The position numbers were made by a program, and so were the translations under genes. The notes beneath the pieces are model-generated. The model worked only from the letters and a program-made list of their open reading frames with translations, did not search any database and was not told the origin of the DNA. From positions 321,470,001-321,534,000 of the forward strand of contig OZ024743.1 of the NCBI GenBank assembly GCA_964016885.1: DNA of 64,000 nucleotides, read 5' to 3'. Numbering within the stretch: position 1 is the stretch's first letter; the number at the start of each line of letters is the position of its first letter. Below, in pieces: positions 54,201 to 64,000 of this stretch. Source of the stretch: Eledone cirrhosa (taxonomy: Eukaryota).

Positions 54201-57200
54201 GTGGAGCCACAAAGCAACATTGTGTTGAAGTGGTGGCTCAGCAACATTGTGCTGAAGTGGAGCCACACATAAACATTGTGCTGAAGTGGAGCCACACAGC
54301 AACATTGTGCTGAAGTGGAGCCACACAGAAACATTGTGCTGAAGTGGATCCACACAGCAACATTGTGCTGAAGTGGAGCCACACAGCAACATTGTGTTGA
54401 AGTGGAGCCGCACAGCAACAGTGTGCTGAAGTGGAGCCACACAGCAACATTGTGCTGAAGTGTAGCCACAAAGCAACATTGTGTTGAAGTGGACCCACAG
54501 AGCAATATTGTGCTGAAGTGGAGCCACAAAGCAACATTGTGTTGAAGTGGTGGCACACAGCAACATTGTGCTGAAGTGGAGCTACACAGCAACATTGTGT
54601 TGAAGTGGAGCCGCACAGCAACAGTGTGCTGAAATGGAGCCACACAGCAACATTGTCCTGAAGTGGAGCCGCACAGCAACAGTGTGCTGAAGTGGAGTCA
54701 CACAGCAACATTGTCCTGAAGTGGTGCCACACAGCAACAGTGTGCTGAAGTGGAGTCACACAGCAACATTGTCCTGAAGTGGTGCCACACAGCAACATTG
54801 TGCTGAAGTGGAGCCACACAGCAACATTGTGTTGAAGTGGAGCGACACAGCAACATTGTTATGAACTGAAGCCACACAGCAACATTGTGCTGAAGTGAAC
54901 CCACACAGCAACATTGTGTTGAAGTGGAGCCACACAGAAGCATTGTGTTGAAGTGGAGCTACACAGCAACATTGTGTTGAAGTGGAGCCACATAGCAACA
55001 TTGTTTTGAAGTAGAGCCACACAGCAACATTGTTTTGAAGTGGAGCTACACAGCAACATTGTGTTGAAGTGGAGCCACACAGCAACATTGTGCTGAAGTG
55101 GAGCTACACAGCAACATTGTGCTGAAGTGGAGCCACACAGCAACATTGAGTTGAAGTGGAGCCACATTGTCAGATTGTGTTTAAGTGGAGCCACACAGTA
55201 AGATTGTGTTGAAGTGGAGCCACACAGCAACATTGTGTTGAAGTGGAGCCACACAGCAACATTGTGATGAAATGGAGCCACTCAGCAACATTGTGTTGAA
55301 GTGGAGCCACATAGCAACATTGTGCTGAAGTGGAGCTATACAGCAACACTGTGCTGAAGTGCAGCCACACAGCAACATTGTGCTGAAGTAGAGCTACACA
55401 GTAACATTGTGTTGAAGTGGAGTCACACAGCAATATTGTGTTGAAGTGGAGCCACACAGCAACATTGTGTTGAAGTGGAGTTACACAGTAACATTGTGTT
55501 GAAGTGGAGTCACACAGCAATATTGTCTTGAAGTGGAGTCACATAGCAACATTGTGTTGAAGTGGAGTCACACAGCAACATTGTGTTGAAGTGGAGTCAC
55601 ACAGCAACGTTGTGCTGAGGTGGAGCCACACAGCAACGTTGTGCTGAAGTGGAGCTACACAGCAACATTGTGCTGAAGTGGAGCTACACAGCAACATTGT
55701 GCTGAAGTGGAGCTACACAGCAACATTGTGTTGAAGTGGAGCCGCACAGCAACAGTGTGCTGAAGTGGAGCCTCACAGCAACATTGTCCTGAAGTGGTGC
55801 CACACAGCAACATTGTGCTGAAGTGGATCCACATAGCAACATTGTGCTGAAGTGGAGCTACACAGCAACATTGTGTTAAAGTGGAGCCGCACAGCAACAG
55901 TGTGCTGAAGTGGATCCACACAGCAACATTGTCCTGAAGTGGTGCCACACAGCAACAGTGTGCTGAAGTGGTGTCACACAGCAACATTGTCCTGAAGTGG
56001 TGCCACACAGCAACATTGTGCTGAAGTGGAGCCACACAGCAACATTGTGCTGAAGTGGAGACACACAGCAGCATTGTGCTGAAGTGGGGAAACACAGCAA
56101 CATTGTGCTGAAGTGGAGACACACAGCAACATTGTGTTGAAGTGGAGCCACACAGCAACATTGTGCTGAAGTGGAGCCACAAAGCAACATTGTGTTGAAG
56201 TGGTGGCTCAGCAACATTGTGCTGAAGTGGAGCCACACATAAACATTGTGCTGAAGTGGAGCCACACAGCAACATTGTGCTGAAGTGGAGCCACACAGCA
56301 ACATTGTGCTGAAGTGGAGCCACACAGAAACATTGTGCTGAAGTGGATCCACACAGCAACATTGTGCTGAAGTGGAGCCACACAGCAACATTGTGTTGAA
56401 GTGGAGCCGCACAGCAACAGTGTGCTGAAGTGGAGCCGCACAGCAACGGTGTGCTGAAGTGGAGCCACACAGCAACATTGTGCTGAAGTGTAGCCACAAA
56501 GCAACATTGTGTTGAAGTGGACCCACAGAGCAATATTGTGCTGAAGTGGAGCCACAAAGCAACATTGTGTTGAAGTGGTGGCACACAGCAACATTGTGCT
56601 GAAGTGGAGCTACACAGCAACATTGTGTTGAAGTGGAGCCGCACAGCAACAGTGTGCTGAAATGGAGCCACACAGCAACATTGTCCTGAAGTGGAGCCGC
56701 ACAGCAACAGTGTGCTGAAGTGGAGTCACACAGCAACTTTGTCCTGAAGTGGTGCCACACAGCAACAGTGTGCTGAAGTGGAGTCACACAGCAACATTGT
56801 CCTGAAGTGGTGCCACACAGCAACATTGTGCTGAAGTGGAGCCACACAGCAACATTGTGTTGAAGTGGAGCGACACAGCAACATTGTTATGAACTGAAGC
56901 CACACAGCAACATTGTGCTGAAGTGAACCCACACAGCAACATTGTGTTGAAGTGGAGCCACACAGAAGCATTGTGTTGAAGTGGAGCTACACAGCAACAT
57001 TGTGTTGAAGTGGAGCCACATAGCAACATTGTTTTGAAGTAGAGCCACACAGCAACATTGTTTTGAAGTGGAGCTACACAGCAACATTGTGTTGAAGTGG
57101 AGCCACACAGCAACATTGTGCTGAAGTGGAGCTACACAGCAACATTGTGCTGAAGTGGAGCCACACAGCAACATTGAGTTGAAGTGGAGCCACATTGTCA

Positions 57201-58000
57201 GATTGTGTTGAAGTGGAGCCACACAGTAAGATTGTGTTGAAGTGGAGCCACACAGCAACATTGTGTTGAAGTGGAGCCACACAGCAACATTGTCCTGAAG
57301 TGGAGCCGCACAACAACAGTGTGCTGAAGTGGAGTCACACAGCAACATTGTCCTGAAGTGGATCCACACAGCAATATCGTTTTGAAGGGGAGCCACACAG
57401 TAACATTGTGTTGAAGTGGAGCTACACAGCAACATTGAGTTGAAGTGGAGCTACACAGCAACATTGTTTTGAAGTGGATCCACACAGCAACATTGTGTTG
57501 AAGTGGACCCACATAGCAACATTGTGTTGAAGTGGAGCCACACAGCAACATTGTGCTGAAGTGGAGCCACACAGCAATATTGTGCTGAACATTGTGCTGA
57601 AGTGGAGTCACACAGCAACATTGTGTTGAAGTCGTGGCACACAGCAACATTGTGCTGAAGTGGAGCCACACAGCAACATTGTGCTGAAGTGGAGCCACAG
57701 AGCAACATTGTGCTAAAGTGGAGCCACACAGCAACATTGTGCTGAAGTGGAGCCACACAGCAACATTGTGTTGAAGTGGAGCCACACAGCAACATTGTGT
57801 TGAAGTGGATCCACACAGCAACATTGTGATGAAGTGGACCCACACAGCAACTTTGTGCTGAAGTGGGGCTACACAGCAACATTGTGTTGAAGTGGAGCCA
57901 CACAGCAACATTGTGATGAAGTGGAGCCACACAGCAACATTGTGATGAAGTGGAGCCACACAGCAACATTGTGTTGAAGTGGAGCCACATAGCGACATTG
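48230..58000. repeat. Satellite sub-family domain D, ~1.8-2.2-kb HOR, including a 1970/2028-bp duplication (~53.28-55.25 kb to ~55.25-57.29 kb) and a 377-bp (13-monomer) duplication (~52.2-52.95 kb)
   Basis: Markers ATTGTCAGATT+CAGTAAGATT (near 48671, 50933, 52411, 52788, 55164, 57192), GTCGTGGCAC, GTGAACCCAC, TGTGATGAA, CCGCACAGCAACAGTG. ORF offsets 51723/53550/55520, 54679/56707, 52499/52876. Confidence 0.82.
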
Positions 58001-61000
58001 TGCTGAAGTAGAGCTACACAGTAACATTGTGTTGAAGTGGAGTCACACAGCAACATTGTGTTGAAGTGGAGTCACACAGCAACGTTGTGCTGAGGTGGAG
58101 CCACACAGCAACGTTGTGCTGAAGTGGAGCTACACAGCAACATTGTGCTGAAGTGGAGCCACACAGCAACATTGTGCTGAAGTTGAGCCACACAGCAATA
58201 TTGTGTTGAAGTGGAGCCACACAGCAACATTGTGTTGAAGTGGATCCACACAGCAACATTGTGCTGAAGTGGAGCCACACAGCAACATTGTGTTGAAGTG
58301 GAGCCACACAGCAACATTGTGTTGAAGTGGAACCACACATCAACATTGTGTTGAAGTGGAACCACACAGCAACATCGTGTCGAAGTGGACCCACACAGCA
58401 ATATTGTGTTGAAGTGGAGCCACACAGCAACATTGTGTTGAAGTGGAGCCACACAGCAACATTGTGTTGAAGTGGAGCCACACAGCGCAAAATTGTGTTT
58501 AAGTAGAGCCACATAGCATCATTGTCCTGAAGTGGAACCACACAGCAACATTGTGCTGAAGTGGAGCTACACAGCAACATTGTGTTGAAGTGGAGCTACA
58601 CAGCACATGGTGCTGAAGTGGAGCTACACAGCAACATTGTGCTGAAGTGGAGTCACACAGCAACATTGTGTTGAAGTGGAGTCACACGGCAATATTGTGT
58701 TGACGTGGAGCCATGCAGCAACATTCTGCTGGAGTGGAGCTACACAGCAACATTGTGCTGAAGTGGAGCTACACAGCAACATTGTGCTGAAGTGGAGTCA
58801 CACAGCAACATTGTGTTGAAGTGGAGCTACACAGCAACATTGTGCTGAAGTGGAACCACACAGCAACATTGTGTTGAAGTGGTGCTACACAGCAACATTG
58901 TGTTGAAGTGGACCCACACAGCAACATTGTGCTGAAGTGGAACCACACAGCAACATTGTGTTGAAGTGGTGCCACACAGCAACATTGTGTTGAAGGGGAG
59001 CCACACAGCAACATTGTGTTGAAGTGGACCCACACAGCAACATTGTGTTGAAGTGGAGTTACACAGCACATTGTGCTGAATTGGAGCTACACAGCAACAT
59101 TGTGCTGAAGTGGAGTCACACAGCAACATTGTGTTGAAGTGGAGTCACACGGCAATATTGTGTTGACGTGGAGCCATGCAACAACATTCTGCTGGAGTGG
59201 AGCTACACAGCAACATTGTGCTGAAGTGGAGTCACACAGCAACATTGTGTTGAAGTGGAGCTACACAGCAACATTGTGCTGAAGTGGAGTCACACAGCAA
59301 CATTGTGTTGAAATGGAGCCACATAGCAACATTGTGTTGAAGTGGACCCACACAGCAATATTGTGTTGAAGTGGAGCGACATAGCAAAATTGTGCTGAAG
59401 TGGAGCCACATAGCAACATTGTGCTGAAGTGGAGCCACATAGCAACATTGTGCTGAAGTGGAGCCACACAGCAACATTGTGTTAAAGTGGAGCCACACAG
59501 CAACATTGTGCTGAAGTGGAGCCACATGGCAACATTGTGTTGAAGTGGCGCAACACAGCAACATTGTGCTGGAGTGGAGCTACACAGCAACATCGTGCTG
59601 AAGTGGAACCACACAGCAACATTGTGTTGAAGTGGACCCACACAACAACATGGTGTTGAAGTGGAGCCACACAGCAACATTGTGTTGACGTGGAGCCACA
59701 TAGCAATATTGTGTTGAAGTGGATCGACATAGCAACATTGTGCTGAAGTGGATCGACATAGCAACATTGTGCTGAAGTGGAGCCAAATAGCAACAGTGTG
59801 CTGAAGGCGATCCACACAGCAACATTGTGTTGAAGTGGAGCCACACAGCAACATTGTGATGAAGTGGAGCCACTCAGCAACATTGTGCTGAAGGGGAGCT
59901 ACACAGCAACATTGTGTTGCAGTGGAGCCACACAGCAACATTGTGCTGAAGTGGAGCCACACAGCAATATTGTGTTGAAGTGGAGCCACACAGCAACATT
60001 GTGTTGAAGTGGATCCACACAGCAACATTGTGCTGAAGTGGAGCCACACAGCAACATTGTGTTGAAGTGGAGCCACACAGCAACATTGTGTTGAAGTGGA
60101 ACCACACAGCAACATTGTGTTGAAGTGGAACCACACAGCAACATCGTGTCGAAGTGGAGCCACACAGCAATATTGTGTTGAAGTGGAGCCACACAGCAAC
60201 ATTGTGTTGAAGTGGAGCCACACAGCAACATTGTGTTGAAGTGGAGCCACACAGCGCAAAATTGTGTTTAAGTAGAGCCACATAGCATCATTGTCCTGAA
60301 GTGGAACCACACAGCAACATTGTGCTGAAGTGGAGCTACACAGCAACATTGTGTTGAAGTGGAGCTACACAGCAACATTGTGCTGAAGTGGAGTCACACA
60401 GCAACATTGTGTTGAAGTGGAGCCACATAGCAACATTGTGTTGAAGTGGACCCACACAGCAACATTGTGTTGAAGTGGAGTCACACGGCAATATTGTGTT
60501 GACGTGGAGCCATGCAACAACATTCTGCTGGAGTGGAGCTACACAGCAACATTGTGCTGAAGTGGAGTCACACAGCAACATTGTGTTGAAGTGGAGCTAC
60601 ACAGCAACATTGTGCTGAAGTGGACCCACACAGCAATATTGTGTTGAAGTGGAGCGACATAGCAACATTGTGCTGAAGTGGAGCCACATAGCAACATTGT
60701 GCTGAAGTGGAACCACACAGCAACATTGTGTTAAAGTGGAGCCACACAGCAACATTGTGCTGAAGTGGAGCCACATGGCAACATTGTGTTGAAGTGGAGC
60801 AACACAGCAACATTGTGCTGAAGTGGAGCCACACAGCAACATCGTGCTGAAGTGGAACCACACAGCAACATTGTGTTGAAGTGGATCCACACAACAACAT
60901 GGTGTTGAAGCGGAGCCACACAGCAACTTTGTGTTGACGTGGAGCAACATAGCAATATTGTGTTGAAGTGGATCGACATAGCAACATTGTGCTGAAGTGG

Positions 61001-64000
61001 ATCGACATAGCAACATTGTGCTGAAGTGGAGCCAAATAGCAACATTGTGCTGAAGGCAAGCCACACAGCAACATTGTGTTGAAGTGGAGCCACACAGCAA
61101 CATTGTGATGAAGTGGAGCCACTCAGCAACATTGTGCTGAAGGGGAGATACACAGCAACATTGTGTTGCAGTGGAGCCACACAGCAACATTGTGCTGAAG
61201 TGGAGCCACACAGCAATATTGTGTTGAAGTGGAGCCACACAGCAACATTGTGTTGAAGTGGATCCACACAGCAACATTGTGCTGAAGTGGAGCCACACAG
61301 CAACATTGTGTTGAAGTGGAGCCACACAGCAACATTGTGTTGAAGTGGAACCACACAGCAACATTGTGTTGAAGTGGAACCACACAGCAACATCGTGTCG
61401 AAGTGGAGCCACACAGCAATATTGTGTTGAAGTGGAGCCACACAGCAACATTGTGTTGAAGTGGAGCCACACAGCAACATTGTGTTGAAGTGGAGCCACA
61501 CAGCGCAAAATTGTGTTTAAGTAGAGCCACATAGCATCATTGTCCTGAAGTGGAACCACACAGCAACATTGTGCTGAAGTGGAGCTACACAGCAACATTG
61601 TGTTGAAGTGGAGCTACACAGCAACATTGTGCTGAAGTGGAGTCACACAGCAACATTGTGTTGAAGTGGAGCCACATAGCAACATTGTGTTGAAGTGGAC
61701 CCACACAGCAACATTGTGTTGAAGTGGAGTCACACGGCAATATTGTGTTGACGTGGAGCCATGCAACAACATTCTGCTGGAGTGGAGCTACACAGCAACA
61801 TTGTGCTGAAGTGGAGTCACACAGCAACATTGTGTTGAAGTGGAGCTACACAGCAACATTGTGCTGAAGTGGACCCACACAGCAATATTGTGTTGAAGTG
61901 GAGCGACATAGCAACATTGTGCTGAAGTGGAGCCACATAGCAACATTGTGCTGAAGTGGAGCCACATAGCAACATTGTGCTGAAGTGGAGCCACATAGCA
62001 ACATTGTGTTAAAGTGGAGCCACACAGCAACATTGTGCTGAAGTGGAGCCACATGGCAACATTGTGTTGAAGTGGAGCAACACAGCAACATTGTGCTGAA
62101 GTGGAGCCACACAGCAACATCGTGCTGAAGTGGAACCACACAGCAACATTGTGTTGAAGTGGATCCACACAACAACATGGTGTTGAAGTGGAGCCACACA
62201 GCAACATTGTGTTGACGTGGAGCCACATAGCAATATTGTGTTGAAGTGGATCGACATAGCAACATTGTGCTAAAGTGGATCGACATAGCAACATTGTGCT
62301 GAAGTGGAGCCAAATAGCAACATTGTGCTGAAGGCAAGCCACACAGCAACATTGTGTTGAAGTGGAGCCACACAGCAACATTGTGATGAAGTGGAGCCAC
62401 TCAGCAACATTGTGCTGAAGGGGAGCTACACAGCAACATTGTGTTGCAGTGGAGCCACACAGCAACATTGTGCTGAAGTCGAGCCACACAGCAATATTGT
62501 GTTGAAGTGGAGCCACACAGCAACATTGTGTTGAAGTGGATCCACACAGCAACATTGTGCTGAAGTGGAGCCACACAGCAACATTGTGTTGAAGTGGAGC
62601 CACACAGCAACATTGTGTTGAAGTGGAACCACACAGCAACATTGTGTTGAAGTGGAACCACACAGCAACATCGTGTCGAAGTGGAGCCACACAGCAATAT
62701 TGTGTTGAAGTGGAGCCACACAGCAACCTTGTGTTGAAGTGGACCCACACAGCAACATTGTGTTGAAGTGGAGCCAAACAGCGCAAAATTGTGTTTAAGT
62801 AGAGCCACATAGCAGCATTGTCCTGAAGTGGAACCACACAGCAACATTGTGCTGAAGTGGAGCTACACAGCAACATCGTGTTGAAGTGGAGCTACACAGC
62901 ACATAGTGCTGAAGTGGAGCTACACAGCAACATTGTGCTGAAGTGGAGTCACACAGCAACATTGTGTTGAAGTGGAGTCACACGGCAATATTGTGTTGAC
63001 GTGGAGCCATGCAGCAACATTCTGCTGGAGTGGAGCAACACAGCAACATTGTGCTGAAGTGGAGCTACACAGCAACATTGTGCTGAAGTGGTGCCACACT
63101 GCAACATTGTGTTGAAGTGGAGCCACACAGCATCATTGTGCTGAAGTGAAGCCACATGGCATCATTGTGTTGAAGTGGTGCCACACAGCAACATTGTGCT
63201 GAAGTGGTGCCACACAGCAACATTGTGCTGAAGTGGAGCCACATAGCAACATTGTGTTGAAGTGGACCCACACAGCAATATTGTGTTGAAGTGGAGCGAC
63301 ATAGCAACATTGTGTTGAAGTGGAGCCACACATCAACATTGTGTTGAAGTGGAGCCACACAGCAACATTGTGTTGAAGTGGAGCCACATAGCAACATTGT
63401 GTTGAAGTGGAGACACACAGCAACATTGGGTTGGAGTGGTGTCACATAGCAACATTGTGTTGAAGTGGAGCCACACAGCAATATTGTGTTAAAGTGGAGC
63501 CACACAGCAACATTGTGCTGAAGTGGAGCCACACAGCAACATTGTGTTGAAGTGGAGCCACACAGCAACATCGTGCTGAAGTGGAACCACACAGCAACAT
63601 TGTGTTGAAGTGGATCAACACAACAACATGGTGTTGAAGTGGAGCCACACAGCAACATTGTGTTGACGTGTAGCCACATAGCAATATTGTGTTGAAGTGG
63701 ATCGACGTAGCAACATTGTGCTGAAGTGGATCGACATAGCAACATTGTGCTGAAGTGGAGCCAAATAGCAACATTGTGCTGAAGGCGATCCACACAGCAA
63801 CATTGTGTTGAAGTGGGGCCACACAGCAACATTGTGATGAAGTGGAGCCACTCAGCAACATTGTGCTGAAGGGGAGCTACACAGCAACCTTGTGTTGCAG
63901 TGGAGCCACACAGCAACATTGTGCTGAAGTTGAGCCACACAGCAATATTGTGTTGAAGTGGAGCCACACAGCAACATTGTGTTGAAGTGGATCCACACAG
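58000..64000. repeat. Satellite sub-family domain C, 1249-1451-bp HOR (43-50 monomers), about 4.5 copies
   Basis: GGATCGAC pairs starting at 59721, 60970, 62248 and 63699 (spacings 1249, 1278, 1451). The 31-bp AGCGCAAAATT unit at 58484, 60253, 61502 and 62780. Confidence 0.87.

Larger units (their letters stand above)
1..64000. repeat. Tandem satellite array, 29-bp monomer GGAGCCACACAGCAACATTGTG(C/T)TGAAGT, about 2,200 head-to-tail copies, continuing past both window edges
   Basis: The monomer reads directly at 1-29 and recurs in the same orientation to the window end. Only substitutions and rare small indels (26, 27, 28, 30 and 31-bp units, one 12-bp unit) are seen. No non-repeat sequence found. 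Confidence 0.99.

Noticed and set aside
150-63967. Hundreds of minus-strand Cys-rich ORFs as real genes (keratin-associated or metallothionein-like)
   Set aside because: They overlap in all three frames, are cyclic permutations of one 87-nt trimer, start at an ATG present in every monomer and end at sporadic variants. There are no unique domains or flanks, and variation shows no evident codon-position bias.
1-64000. CRISPR array (29-bp, partly palindromic repeat)
   Set aside because: Repeats are directly adjacent with no unique spacers, leader or cas genes.
1-64000. Plus strand coding under a TGA-reassigned genetic code or selenocysteine readthrough
   Set aside because: No gene context or SECIS-like unique element. 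The monomer length is not a multiple of 3, and TAG/TAA-creating variants and frame-shifting indels are common.
1-64000. Nucleosome-length phasing (5x29=145 bp, 6x29=174 bp)
   Set aside because: No 5- or 6-monomer periodicity of variants is visible, and HOR sizes (13, 17, 29, 30, 41, 43, 74, 115, 172 monomers) are not systematically multiples of 5 or 6.
1-64000. Telomerase-type telomeric repeat or fungal RIP-mutated repeat
   Set aside because: There is no G-rich strand typical of telomeres, and kb-scale HOR structure is inconsistent with templated addition. Most CpA/TpG sites remain intact, unlike RIP-degraded repeats.
1-64000. Embedded transposon, tRNA, rRNA or inverted satellite block
   Set aside because: No non-satellite segment or reverse-orientation monomer (ACTTCAACACAATG on the + strand) was seen while reading through the window.

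Overview
The whole 64-kb window is one uninterrupted, single-orientation tandem satellite array of about 2,200 copies of a 29-bp monomer, consensus GGAGCCACACAGCAACATTGTG(C/T)TGAAGT. I see no unique sequence, transposon insertion, inversion, RNA gene or credible protein-coding gene. The hundreds of minus-strand ORFs arise because the reverse-complement monomer has no stop codon in any frame. The information lies in the monomer variants, which define layered sub-family domains: A about 1-36.4 kb; B about 36.4-41.3 and 44.35-45.94 kb; a C-type island about 41.3-44.35 kb; a diverged zone about 45.94-48.2 kb; D about 48.2-58 kb; C about 58-64 kb. They also define nested higher-order repeats (HORs) and segmental duplications with periods of 4982, 2144, 3333, 1189, 5277, 870/841, 4644, 377, 1970/2028 and 1249/1278 bp. 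The monomer carries two dyad symmetries: a GTGG-NN-CCAC junction palindrome with some compensatory variants, and a C/T switch between two alternative 5-bp stems. I do not recognise the satellite family or the organism. The organisation resembles eukaryotic centromeric, pericentromeric or subtelomeric satellite, which is inference only. Boundaries were read by eye and are approximate to about one monomer.
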